Assembly: GCA_947598325.1 (NCBI GenBank)
Contig: CANQFD010000002.1
Span: 90,765-154,764, forward strand
Direction of reading: 5' to 3'
Source: an uncultured Bacilli bacterium
GTDB lineage: Bacteria > Bacillota_I > Bacilli_A > RF39 > UBA660
Length of the DNA: 64,000 nucleotides
Shown here in pieces: positions 19,532 to 28,717 of the stretch; positions within the stretch are counted from its first letter, which is position 1; every line of letters begins with the position of its first letter. Made by a program: the position numbers and the translations under genes. The notes below the pieces were generated by a model. It was not told the DNA's origin, did not search any database, and worked only from the letters and a program-made list of their open reading frames with translations.

Positions 19532-19877
19532 TAATATATTGTATAAATCTCTTTGGATTTTCATTTATTCTTTTACTTATTTCCCTATTCTTCCTAGATT
19601 CACTAATAAATTCCCATTCCTCATTTTTTATAGTTATATAATAAGGTTCCTCCCCTTCTGCTACTGCATTTATATCCCTACCTAAAAGATAATCTGGAGT
19701 AGTATCCAGTTTTTCAACTAAATCAATAAAAGTTTCTAAATTAGGAGTCCTAGTACCTTTTTCATAACAACATATTGAAACCTTAGTTACATTTATCATA
19801 TCAGCTAATTTTTGTTGTGTAAGGTTCTTAGATTTTCTTAATTCTTTTACTCTTTGACCAAAAAACAATCTAATCAC
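19518..19877 (-). CDS. XRE-family helix-turn-helix transcriptional regulator (paralog of 8075..8440)
   Basis: GQRVKELRKSKNLTQQKLADMINVTKVSICCYEKG...DYLLGRD. The start may be the TTG at 19868, 8 nt after GAGG. Confidence 0.8.
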   Translation of the reverse strand: MIRLFFGQRVKELRKSKNLTQQKLADMINVTKVSICCYEKGTRTPNLETFIDLVEKLDTTPDYLLGRDINAVAEGEEPYYITIKNEEWEFISESRKNREISKRINENPKRFIQYINSRL

Positions 19878-19940
19878 CTCTCATTAACTCATGGTAAAAT
19901 TATAGTAAAACTGGAAATATAAATGTCTAAAGTTAACTAA

Positions 19941-20270
19941 TTAGGAACTTTTATTTTTATTTGTTAAAAATGTTACTTTTTCCGCTATTACTTCCGTTAC
20001 ATAACGCTTACTATCGTCTACATCATAGCTTCTTGTTTGAATCCTACCTTTTATACCAAGTAAGTCACCTTTTCTACAATATTCCGTAGTGTTTTCTGCT
20101 ATACCTGTCCATAAAGTACAATCAATAAAGTCTGTTTCATATTCCCCATCTGAATTTTTATAACTTCTAGGCACAGCTAGTGTTATATTAGTTACCTTTT
20201 TCCCCTTTTCTGTCTCTCTTAATTCTGGATTTTTTACCAATCTTCCAACTATAACAATTTGATTTAACAT
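19941..20270 (-). CDS. ssb: Single-stranded DNA-binding protein, short form without an acidic C-terminal tail
   Basis: OB-fold sequence MLNQIVIVGRLVKNPELRETEKGKKVTNITLAV...; ends ...TFLTNKNKSS. ORF track extends to 20321; GGAG RBS lies before the ATG at 20270. Confidence 0.85.
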   Translation of the reverse strand: MLNQIVIVGRLVKNPELRETEKGKKVTNITLAVPRSYKNSDGEYETDFIDCTLWTGIAENTTEYCRKGDLLGIKGRIQTRSYDVDDSKRYVTEVIAEKVTFLTNKNKSS

Positions 20271-20380
20271 AATCATTTCTCCTTTCAACATCATATTACA
20301 TAAAAATATATTTTTGTTCAAAGTTAAATAATTACATTTTATTATTATATTTGCTTTAAAAATACAATTTTATACATAAT

Positions 20381-20420
20381 AAAAACAGAAATTATTTATC
20401 AATAACAATTTCTGTTTTTT
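20381..20420 (-). terminator. Rho-independent terminator of the suf operon
   Basis: aacagaaatt-N13-aatttctgtt hairpin with a flanking T-run on the minus strand. Confidence 0.6.
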
Positions 20421-21759
20421 ATTTTTTACAAATTTTCTGAAAATTATTTTTAAGTAAGTTATTTAATTCAACTGCATACTCAAGTGGCAATTCCTCTCTA
20501 AATACTTCTATAAAACCAATTATAGATAATTCTATGGCTTTTTCTTCATCAAGACCTCTACTCATTAAATAAAATAAATTATCTTCATTTAATTTTGATA
20601 CCGTAGCTTCATGTTCTATTGTAGATGAATTATTTTTACATATATTAGTCGGAATTGTATCACTTTTTGATTTTTCATCTAATAAAATAGTATCACATTT
20701 TATTGTGGAATAAGAATTTAACGCAGATTCTTCAATACTGACAGTTCCTCTATAACTAGCATTACCACCATTTCTTGCGATTGACTTTGCAATTATAGAA
20801 CTATGTGTATTTTTACCTAAATGAATCATTTTTGCACCTGTATCTTGTATCTGATTATTATCAGCCATTGCGATTGATATACAATTTCCTTTTGAATTAT
20901 CTCCTTTTAATATACATGCTGGATATTTCATATTAACTTTAGAACCAATATTACCATCTATCCATTCCATAAGTCCCCCATCATCAACTATTGCTCTTTT
21001 AGTTACAAGATTATAAACATTATCTGACCAATTTTGAATAGTAGTATATCTACATTTAGCGTTCTTTCCTACAAATATTTCCACAACTGCTGCATGAAGT
21101 GAATCTGTTGTATAAGTAGGAGCTGTACATCCTTCTATATAATGAAGTTCTGATTCATCATCTACTATTATAAGTGTTCTTTCAAATTGCCCCATATCTT
21201 TAGTGTTTATTCTAAAATAACTTTGAAGTGGTCTATCAAGTTTAGTATGAGGAGGTACATAAATAAAAGTTCCTCCACTCCAAACCGCACCATTTAATGC
21301 TGTAAATTTGTTTTCATCATATTTTACTAATGTTCCAAAATATTTCTTAAATAATTCTGGATATTTTTTAAGTGCTGTATCAGTATCTAAAAATATAATA
21401 TTTTTATCCTCTAATTCTTTTATCATATTATGATATATTGCTTCACTATCATACTGAACACCAAGACCATCAAGATATTCTTTTTCTTGATCAATTAAAC
21501 CAATATTATCAAATGTATTTTTTATATCAGTATCTACTTTATTCCAAGAGTTTTGAATCTTGCTATCCACTTTTCTATAATATGTAATATCATCAAAATT
21601 AATATTTATTTCTGGTCCAAATGAAGGAAATTCTTTATTTTTAAATTCAATATATGATTTGACCCTTAAATCTCTCATCCAATCTGGCTCATTTTTTATT
21701 TTTGATATTTCTATTACTTTTTCTTTATTTAAACCTTTATCAAATTTTATCTCCTTCAC
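20419..21759 (-). CDS. sufB: Fe-S cluster assembly protein SufB
   Basis: Full-length SufB-like sequence (FERTLIIVDD...HYIEGCTAP...) in the last position of the sufCDSUB order. Confidence 0.9.
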   Translation of the reverse strand: MKEIKFDKGLNKEKVIEISKIKNEPDWMRDLRVKSYIEFKNKEFPSFGPEININFDDITYYRKVDSKIQNSWNKVDTDIKNTFDNIGLIDQEKEYLDGLGVQYDSEAIYHNMIKELEDKNIIFLDTDTALKKYPELFKKYFGTLVKYDENKFTALNGAVWSGGTFIYVPPHTKLDRPLQSYFRINTKDMGQFERTLIIVDDESELHYIEGCTAPTYTTDSLHAAVVEIFVGKNAKCRYTTIQNWSDNVYNLVTKRAIVDDGGLMEWIDGNIGSKVNMKYPACILKGDNSKGNCISIAMADNNQIQDTGAKMIHLGKNTHSSIIAKSIARNGGNASYRGTVSIEESALNSYSTIKCDTILLDEKSKSDTIPTNICKNNSSTIEHEATVSKLNEDNLFYLMSRGLDEEKAIELSIIGFIEVFREELPLEYAVELNNLLKNNFQKICKK

Positions 21760-21773
21760 TTAAATCACCACCA

Positions 21774-22205
21774 TTATTCACTTTTTTCAATTAAATCTTT
21801 TATTCCTGATATACCTAAAGTAGCACATTTTTTTCTTGCTGGTTGTCTATATATATCATCATATGCATTTAGATCTTTTATTAAATCTTTATCATATTCT
21901 TTTTCATCAATCATATTCTCGTAATTTTCTATTATTTTAAGTGCTTCTTCTTTTGTCTTTCCAATTAATAACCCTATAGATATAGACATAGAAGAAGTTG
22001 CGATTGCGCAAGCTTCCCCATCAAATCTAATATCTTTTATTATCCCATCTTCTACCTTTAACTCTATATCAAAGTTATCAATACATGAAGAATTATTTTT
22101 ATTTTCTCTTAAATATGAATTATCATTTAGAAGTCCTTTATTAAGCGGTTTTTCATAGTTTTCAAGTATTAAAGCTCTTTTAAAATTACTTTCCATTTTA
22201 TACAC
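21774..22205 (-). CDS. sufU: Fe-S cluster assembly sulfur-acceptor/scaffold SufU
   Basis: NSSCID...GEACAIATSS...CATL conserved Cys/Asp pattern; 143 aa. Confidence 0.85.
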   Translation of the reverse strand: MYKMESNFKRALILENYEKPLNKGLLNDNSYLRENKNNSSCIDNFDIELKVEDGIIKDIRFDGEACAIATSSMSISIGLLIGKTKEEALKIIENYENMIDEKEYDKDLIKDLNAYDDIYRQPARKKCATLGISGIKDLIEKSE

Positions 22206-23400
22206 CCAAACTTTCTACTAATATGTTTTCATTTTTTAGTGCATTTATTAATTTATCTGCATCTTCTTTTGTATTATAAAAATATATACTTACTCTACAT
22301 GTATTTTTTATTCCAAGCTCATCTTCTAATTTTTTAGCACAATGACTACCACTACGAACACATATATTATATTTATCTAAATAAATTGCTGTATCTTGCG
22401 CAAATACATCTTTTACATTAAATGTTACTATAGATCCTTCTACATTTTCATTATAAACCTTTATATGAGGTATCTTTTTAAGTTCCTTAATTATATATTC
22501 CTTTAACGTATCACATGTTTCCTCAATATTATCTATTCCTATTTTATTAATATAATCAATCGCAGAGCCAAATCCTATTACACCTGCAATATTTTGAGTA
22601 CCTGCTTCTAACCTATATGGTAATTCCTTATATTCAATCATATCTTTGCTTGTAAAAGATATATTCATTCCACCACCAAATTTAGTTGGAATTACTTCAT
22701 TTAGTAAATTATATTTCCCATAAAGCACTCCTACTCCTGTTGGACCAAGCATTTTATGTGCAGAAAAAGCTAAAAAATCTATATCTAAATCTTGTACATC
22801 AACTTTAGTATGTCCAACACTTTGCGCCCCATCAACTACAACTAATATTCCCTTATTATGTGCATACTCTACAATTTCTTTTATAGGTCTTATATCTCCA
22901 ATTACATTAGTAATATGCGCGATTGATATTACTTTTGTCTTATCAGTTATACTTTTTATAACATTATCTAAAGTTACTGTATGGTTTTCTGTAAGTGGTA
23001 TATAATTTACTTTTATTTTCTTTTCATTTGAAAGTTCATACCAAGGAAGTATATTAGAAGCATGTTCACTTTTAGTAACAAGAACTTCATCATTTTCTTT
23101 TAATTTATACTTAAAATATCCATATACTATCATATTTAAAGAATCTGTAGATCCACTTGTAAAAACTATTTCATCATTTCTTCTAGCATTTATAAATTCT
23201 TTTATTTTATTTCTTACACCTTCATAAGCTTCATTTACTTTTAAACTTATCTTATAATCACCTCTATGTGCATTAGATGAATAATTAGAATAATAATCAC
23301 ATATAGAATCAATTACACATTTTGGTTTTAGTGTTGTCGCACCATTATCAAAATAAACAATATCTTTATTTAACATTGGAAAATCATTTTTATAATTCAT
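22198..23400 (-). CDS. sufS: Cysteine desulfurase SufS (class V aminotransferase)
   Basis: SAHKMLGPTGVGVLY (PLP-Lys) and RSGSHCA (active-site Cys). Confidence 0.9.
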   Translation of the reverse strand: MNYKNDFPMLNKDIVYFDNGATTLKPKCVIDSICDYYSNYSSNAHRGDYKISLKVNEAYEGVRNKIKEFINARRNDEIVFTSGSTDSLNMIVYGYFKYKLKENDEVLVTKSEHASNILPWYELSNEKKIKVNYIPLTENHTVTLDNVIKSITDKTKVISIAHITNVIGDIRPIKEIVEYAHNKGILVVVDGAQSVGHTKVDVQDLDIDFLAFSAHKMLGPTGVGVLYGKYNLLNEVIPTKFGGGMNISFTSKDMIEYKELPYRLEAGTQNIAGVIGFGSAIDYINKIGIDNIEETCDTLKEYIIKELKKIPHIKVYNENVEGSIVTFNVKDVFAQDTAIYLDKYNICVRSGSHCAKKLEDELGIKNTCRVSIYFYNTKEDADKLINALKNENILVESLGV

Positions 23401-23404
23401 TGTC

Positions 23405-24133
23405 TCACCTCCAATACTTATTTATAATATCTATTAAATTTTGAGTTAAAGATTCATACTTATAAAAACTATCTAATAAAAATCCATTTATTAATAAATT
23501 ATAACTTAATTTCTCATCTAATCCTCTTGAGCTTAAATAAAATAATGTATCATTATCAAATTTACCTATATAAGCCCCATGTGATGCTTCTACATCATAT
23601 TCATCTATATATAAATTAGGCTTTATTTTAGAATTATTTTCTCCCATAGTAATTATTTTATTATCTTGTATCAATTTACTTTTTTTACAACCTTTTTTTA
23701 TATATCCATTATTAGTTATTATTATCTTACTATCATTATTTGTTACACCATGTATATTTGTCTTACTTATCGTATTACTTTTGTTGTGGAAAACATTAAC
23801 TATATATTCATTTTCTTCTGATGATATGGATGATACATTTAGTAATACTTTACTATTTTCACCATTAATATTTATATCAATAGTTCTTTTAACGCTTTTA
23901 GAATCATCAAATATATCTATTTCAATATTACTATTTTCTAAAATATTAAATATATATTTTGTCTTTGTATCACTTTGATTAATTTCTACAATTTTAGTAT
24001 TGGTATTATCTAGAACATTAAATTCTACCTCTGAATTATTATTAGAAGTTATTATATAATTTTTTCCATTATCCAAATTTAATTTATAAAATGAATCTTC
24101 TAGTACTATTTTATTCATTTTGTTCTTTATCAC
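23405..24133 (-). CDS. sufD: SufD-like Fe-S assembly protein, unusually short (242 aa)
   Basis: C-terminal beta-helix and helical region (EASHGAYIGKFDNDTLFYLSSRGL). Sits between sufC and sufS. Confidence 0.75.
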   Translation of the reverse strand: MIKNKMNKIVLEDSFYKLNLDNGKNYIITSNNNSEVEFNVLDNTNTKIVEINQSDTKTKYIFNILENSNIEIDIFDDSKSVKRTIDININGENSKVLLNVSSISSEENEYIVNVFHNKSNTISKTNIHGVTNNDSKIIITNNGYIKKGCKKSKLIQDNKIITMGENNSKIKPNLYIDEYDVEASHGAYIGKFDNDTLFYLSSRGLDEKLSYNLLINGFLLDSFYKYESLTQNLIDIINKYWR

Positions 24134-24881
24134 TTACGATACTTGCTGAAGTTTTATATGAATCATAACCTTCTTTTTCAACTTTTAATGCTAAATCGTA
24201 AGTCCCACTTTCCTTTATATTTCCACCAATCATAACATGTACAAAATCGGGTTTAATATATTCCAATATTCTTGGATAATGCGTAATAATAAGTACAGAA
24301 GCATCATTATGTTCCCTTAAATAAGATACTACATTTTCTGATACCACTTTTAAACTATCAACATCAAGACCTGAATCTATTTCATCAAGTATAATTAATT
24401 TAGGTTCAAGTATCTTCATTTGAAGAATTTCGTTTTTCTTCTTTTCTCCACCAGAGAAACCTTTATTTATACTTCTATGTATCATATCAGGTTTCATCTT
24501 CAAATCAGTTTGAGCATTTTCAACTTTTTTTATAAATTCATATAATGAAATATTTTTATCTTCTTTATTTGTAACAACAGTTCTTAAAAAATCTGCAGTT
24601 GTTACACCATCTATTTCACAAGGAAGCTGATTTGCTAAAAATATTCCTTTATTTGCTATTTTATCTGTGGATAAGTTTCTTATGTTTTCACCATTAAAAG
24701 TAATATCTCCTTTTTCAACAGTATATCTTTTGTCATTTAATATAACTCTAGATAAAGTACTTTTACCTGTTCCATTTGGTCCCATTATTGCATGAACTTC
24801 ACCTTTAGATATATGTATATTAAAGTTTTCTAATATATTCTTATTGTCTATTTTCACATGTAAATTTTTAATATCTAACAT
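24111..24881 (-). CDS. sufC: Fe-S cluster assembly ATPase SufC
   Basis: Walker A GPNGTGKST, signature FSGGEKKK, Walker B LIILDEIDSGLD. Confidence 0.95.
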   Translation of the reverse strand: MLDIKNLHVKIDNKNILENFNIHISKGEVHAIMGPNGTGKSTLSRVILNDKRYTVEKGDITFNGENIRNLSTDKIANKGIFLANQLPCEIDGVTTADFLRTVVTNKEDKNISLYEFIKKVENAQTDLKMKPDMIHRSINKGFSGGEKKKNEILQMKILEPKLIILDEIDSGLDVDSLKVVSENVVSYLREHNDASVLIITHYPRILEYIKPDFVHVMIGGNIKESGTYDLALKVEKEGYDSYKTSASIVSDKEQNE

Positions 24882-24971
24882 GTTATCACCTCAAACAATT
24901 ATATTTTATCACAAAATTGTATATTTTTTTGAAATATTTTGTTAAAATCATAATAGGATGGTGATTTAATT

Positions 24972-25334
24972 ATGGATTGTATTTTTTGTAAAATAATAAA
25001 TAATGAAATTCCTTCATATACAATATATGAAGATGATGTCGTAAAAGTTTTTTTAGATATTGAACCTATGGCACCAGGTCATACATTAATAATACCTAAA
25101 AAGCATTATAAAAATCTAGAAGATATTGATATGGAAACTCTTACTCATATTAATAAAGTTGCTAAAGATATGTACAAATTATTAAAGGAGAAGTTAAATA
25201 TTGATGGAATTAGTATAGTTCAGAATAATGGATGTGTACAAGATGTACTTCATTATCACATGCATTTAAAACCATATTATAATGAAAATAACGGTATTAA
25301 CGTAGAAGAAGTATTTAATATATTAAAAAACTAA
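24972..25334 (+). CDS. HIT-family nucleotide hydrolase
   Basis: CIFCKII N-terminus and histidine-triad motif HYHMHL. Confidence 0.9.
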   Translation: MDCIFCKIINNEIPSYTIYEDDVVKVFLDIEPMAPGHTLIIPKKHYKNLEDIDMETLTHINKVAKDMYKLLKEKLNIDGISIVQNNGCVQDVLHYHMHLKPYYNENNGINVEEVFNILKN

Positions 25335-25358
25335 AAGTACAGAATTTTCTGTACTTTT
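25334..25358 (+). terminator. Rho-independent terminator after the HIT gene
   Basis: aaagtacagaa-tt-ttctgtacttt hairpin followed by Ts. Confidence 0.7.
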
Positions 25359-25392
25359 AATATTTATTTTTCATTTAATATAATGTACATAA

Positions 25393-25417
25393 TAAAAAAG
25401 TTCTATAGAACTTTTTT
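25393..25417. terminator. Palindromic hairpin terminator downstream of the tiny-ORF pair
   Basis: aaaaaagttcta-tagaactttttt perfect palindrome overlapping the stop of ORF 25416..25541. Confidence 0.6.
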
Positions 25418-25541
25418 AGCAAACAAATGCACTTAATATAATAGCTAATAATATATAAAGTACTATTATAGTAACGTAACCACATCCACGTCCTTGTGTT
25501 TGTGTGCAAGTTGTTTGAGAACATGTATTTGTACAGCTCAT
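25416..25541 (-). CDS. Tiny (41 aa) Cys/Thr-rich protein with a C-terminal TM helix, YjcZ-like sporulation small protein
   Basis: Hand-translated as MSCTNTCSQTTCTQTQGRGCGYVTIIVLYILLAIILSAFVC. Perfect GGAGG RBS 8 nt upstream. Not in the ORF track because it is under 60 aa. Confidence 0.55.
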   Translation of the reverse strand: MSCTNTCSQTTCTQTQGRGCGYVTIIVLYILLAIILSAFVC

Positions 25542-25568
25542 GTGTATTAACCTCCTAATCTAATAATT

Positions 25569-25652
25569 TTATATATATGCACCTATTATTATTACTAATA
25601 ATATGAATAGTACTAGTATGATACCAGCACCTGTTCCGTATGAGTGTCCCAT
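25569..25652 (-). CDS. Tiny (27 aa) glycine-rich/TM protein, YjcZ (tiny_TM_bacill)-like sporulation small protein
   Basis: Hand-translated as MGHSYGTGAGIILVLFILLVIIIGAYI. GGAGG RBS 7 nt upstream. The G-rich head plus LVLFILLVII..GA core resembles the YjcZ family. Confidence 0.6.
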   Translation of the reverse strand: MGHSYGTGAGIILVLFILLVIIIGAYI

Positions 25653-25681
25653 TTTCATTCCTCCTTTTTTTCTATTCACAT

Positions 25682-25709
25682 TATTTTATGGTAAACATGC
25701 AAATAATGT
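25682..25709 (-). promoter_or_regulatory. SigmaK-like promoter (AC-N17-CATAAAATA) upstream of the tiny-ORF pair
   Basis: Minus-sense reading tcAC-attatttgcatgtttac-CATAAAATA, about 30 nt upstream of the 27-aa ORF start. Matches the AC-N16/17-CATAnnnTA consensus by eye. Confidence 0.35.
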
Positions 25710-25788
25710 GATTATATTTTCGAAATTATTGTTTTTATTCAATAATTTTGTTATTATATAATTGTATATTTTTAAGGAGGATGAGGAA

Positions 25789-26766
25789 ATGAGAAAAAAA
25801 ATATTACTATTTAGTACACTTATTTTAAGTATAGGATTAATAACTGGATGTGGAAATTCAAAATTAAAAAATGGTGAAGAAATAACTTTTACTGTTAATG
25901 GAAAAAATGTAACAGCAGATTCTTTCTATAAAGAATTAAAAAATAAATATGGAAGCAATGTAATGATAGATATGATTGATAAGAAAATACTTGACACAGT
26001 ATATAAAGATGATGAGGAAATTGAAAAACAAGCTAGTAATCAAATAGAATCATTAAAAACACAATATGCTGATACATGGGAAGAAACACTTAAGGGTGCA
26101 GGATATGAAGATGAAAATGATTTAAAGGAATACTTTATATTGAATCTTCAAAGAGATAAAGCAATAGAAAATTATATAAAAGATAATATAAAAGATGATG
26201 AAATTAAAGAATATTATAATAAAAATACTGTTGGAGACATTAGTGCTAAACATATACTAATATCAGTAAAAACTGATGAAAATCAAGAAGGTCTATCTGA
26301 TGAAGATGCTAAAAAGAAAGCAGAAGAACTTATAAAGAAACTTGATGATGGTGAAGACTTTGATAAATTAGCAAAGGAAAATTCTACAGATAAGGGTTCT
26401 GCTGAAAAAGGCGGAGATTTAGGTTTCTTTAATAAAGGTGATATGGTTGAAGAATTTGAAAAAGCTGCTTATGATTTAAAAGTAAATGAATATACTAAAA
26501 GTCCTGTTAAAACTAGCTATGGTTATCATATAATTCTTAAAACAGGAGAAAAAGAAAAACCAAAGTTAAAAACTGTAAAAAATAATATAATTGAAACAAT
26601 GGTACAAGAAAAATTAGAAGATGATCCAACTATAAAAGTTACAGCACTTGATGAACTTAGAAAATCCTATAATCTAAAATTTAAAGACTCAAAATTAAAA
26701 AGTATGTACAAAGAATATATTGAAACATCACTTGAACAAGCAAAAGAGTCTAATAATGCACAATAA
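25789..26766 (+). CDS. prsA: Foldase lipoprotein PrsA (parvulin-type peptidyl-prolyl isomerase)
   Basis: Lipobox LITGC. Parvulin core ISAKHILI...GGDLGFF..G.MV.EFE.AA..L...SPVKTSYGYHII. AAGGAGG RBS before the ATG at 25789; ORF track begins at TTG 25762. Confidence 0.9.
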   Translation: MRKKILLFSTLILSIGLITGCGNSKLKNGEEITFTVNGKNVTADSFYKELKNKYGSNVMIDMIDKKILDTVYKDDEEIEKQASNQIESLKTQYADTWEETLKGAGYEDENDLKEYFILNLQRDKAIENYIKDNIKDDEIKEYYNKNTVGDISAKHILISVKTDENQEGLSDEDAKKKAEELIKKLDDGEDFDKLAKENSTDKGSAEKGGDLGFFNKGDMVEEFEKAAYDLKVNEYTKSPVKTSYGYHIILKTGEKEKPKLKTVKNNIIETMVQEKLEDDPTIKVTALDELRKSYNLKFKDSKLKSMYKEYIETSLEQAKESNNAQ

Positions 26767-26792
26767 AAGATTACAAATTGTAATCTTTTTTA
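26766..26792. terminator. Bidirectional terminator between prsA and recX
   Basis: aagattaca-aat-tgtaatctt hairpin followed by a T-run. Confidence 0.65.
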
Positions 26793-26793
26793 T

Positions 26794-27534
26794 TTAATTA
26801 TAATTAAATCCTTTTTGATATAACTTTTGTTTAATAATATTATCAAGTTCATAACCTGAATATTTTTTTGAATATTTCTTATACAATTTATCATATTCCT
26901 TTTTAAACTGATTTTGATCATTAAGACTTTTATTATCTAAAATAGATAAAATATCTCTTCTTTCAAACCCTCTTTGTGTAAAATAAATTAAAATTTTACT
27001 TTTAAGTACAGAGCCACTATAACCTTTACTTTGTTTAATTTTTTTATCTATTAAACTATTTAAAATATTAATAACATCACTATTATCAATTTTTGAAAAG
27101 CCTTCATCTATTTCACAGGTTGTAAAACCTAATTTTATTAATTCATCTCTTATTTTATTTGGACCATATTTACTAATATTAAGTTTATCATATATGTATG
27201 AATTAATATATTTTTTATTATCAATATACCCTTCATCTTTTAATTTTTTTATTGTAAATTCTATAAAATTATTATCTATATTTTTGCCACTTAAATATTT
27301 TCTTATTTCTTTCTCACATCTAATTTTTACACTTATATACTTAAGTGCTATATAATATGAAGAATAGTTATTATTATCTTTTTCTATTTCATTTAATTGT
27401 TCTTCATTTATATCTTTCTTTATTAATAAATTATATTTGATAATTATATCATCGTATAAATCTATATTATTTCCATTTTCAAGGTACAATCTATATTTAT
27501 TTGTGGAAATTTTCTTATATTTTTTTATTTGCAC
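26794..27534 (-). CDS. recX: RecX-family regulatory protein
   Basis: Repeated three-helix RecX-like modules (ALKYISVKIRCEKEIRKYL...KLKDEGYIDNKKY...). Confidence 0.7.
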   Translation of the reverse strand: MQIKKYKKISTNKYRLYLENGNNIDLYDDIIIKYNLLIKKDINEEQLNEIEKDNNNYSSYYIALKYISVKIRCEKEIRKYLSGKNIDNNFIEFTIKKLKDEGYIDNKKYINSYIYDKLNISKYGPNKIRDELIKLGFTTCEIDEGFSKIDNSDVINILNSLIDKKIKQSKGYSGSVLKSKILIYFTQRGFERRDILSILDNKSLNDQNQFKKEYDKLYKKYSKKYSGYELDNIIKQKLYQKGFNYN

Positions 27535-27578
27535 TTAAAATACCTCCTACATCATTATAAATTTGTAAGAAAAAAAAC

Positions 27579-27776
27579 TTAATCCCTTTTAACATGTATT
27601 AAGTTTTCTGCTATTTCTTCTAAAGCTTTTCCTATATTCTTTTTACTATGATAATCTCTATCATTCATTTGATAATGATTTGTTTCCTTCATTTGATGAG
27701 ACCTTTTTGCTACAACATATACAAGTTCATACTTTGAAGGAATTATATTTAAAATCTTATCAATTGATACATGCAT
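27579..27776 (-). CDS. rpoZ: DNA-directed RNA polymerase subunit omega
   Basis: SIDKILNIIPSKYELVYVVAKRSHQM matches the RpoZ core; 65 aa. Confidence 0.75.
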   Translation of the reverse strand: MHVSIDKILNIIPSKYELVYVVAKRSHQMKETNHYQMNDRDYHSKKNIGKALEEIAENLIHVKRD

Positions 27777-27861
27777 TTATATCACACTCCCTATTTTTAT
27801 ATTATATTAAAAAAATTTTTAATACAACAAAATACCTATTTTTTGACATTTTTTTTACAAA

Positions 27862-28626
27862 CTAACTTAATTTTATTCCTTCATCAAGTACTTCTATTTC
27901 CTCTAATTTTTTCATAATTTTATCATATTCTGTTCTAACACTAATACTATTTTCCTTATTATATTTATCAATAATAGATAAATAATTTAAACATTCTTTC
28001 CTATTTTCAAAGCCTCTTGATAATAGATTTAAAAAGGAATTGCCATCACCATTTATAAAACAAGTTAATAGTTCTTCACTTGTTGTATGTATGAACAAAT
28101 CATGTAACGATCTATCTTCTAATGTACACATATCATTACTACTATCAAAATAATAATCATCTTCTAACTCTTCATTTTCAAAAACATCTGTTGAAAGTGT
28201 TACTATATACTTTTTTAATGATATATTAAGTTTACTTCCATATTCATTCCCTGATTCATCATAAAAGACAATACCATCGTCATATGACTGACTATTAAAA
28301 TCATATCTTTTACACATGATATCAAGAACAGAATAGCATAAATCAAATAATGAGTCCATATTATTTTCTATGTTTTTAGTATTGCTAATTATACTATTTT
28401 TATCAATATCATAGTAAAAGAACTTAGGCATATTATGTGTAATTTCTTCAATACTAAGTTCAGAAAATAATTTAATTGATGTTGTAGGATCTATATTTGC
28501 ACCCATTTTATTAAAAAAATTATAATATTTATCTAACAACATCATTATTATAGTCTTATATTTGATATCTAAATTAGAATTATTTTCAATTGCATTATTT
28601 AACTCTACTGGAACTTGACCATTCAT
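27862..28626 (-). CDS. Hypothetical acidic cytoplasmic protein (254 aa)
   Basis: Long ORF co-oriented with its neighbours. No motif recognised. Confidence 0.5.
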   Translation of the reverse strand: MNGQVPVELNNAIENNSNLDIKYKTIIMMLLDKYYNFFNKMGANIDPTTSIKLFSELSIEEITHNMPKFFYYDIDKNSIISNTKNIENNMDSLFDLCYSVLDIMCKRYDFNSQSYDDGIVFYDESGNEYGSKLNISLKKYIVTLSTDVFENEELEDDYYFDSSNDMCTLEDRSLHDLFIHTTSEELLTCFINGDGNSFLNLLSRGFENRKECLNYLSIIDKYNKENSISVRTEYDKIMKKLEEIEVLDEGIKLS

Positions 28627-28717
28627 ATCATCATTCTCCTAAAATACTTATAGAATTATTATACCACTTATAAAAATAAATATAAAGATATAAAGAAAAA
28701 AATTCCACATGGAATTT

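Noticed and set aside
25416-25541. The Cys/Thr/Ser-rich 41-aa peptide as a lanthipeptide/RiPP precursor.
   Set aside because: No modifying enzyme, transporter or immunity genes are adjacent. The C-terminal half is a TM helix like those of YjcZ-family proteins, and the ORF pairs with a clear YjcZ-like ORF.
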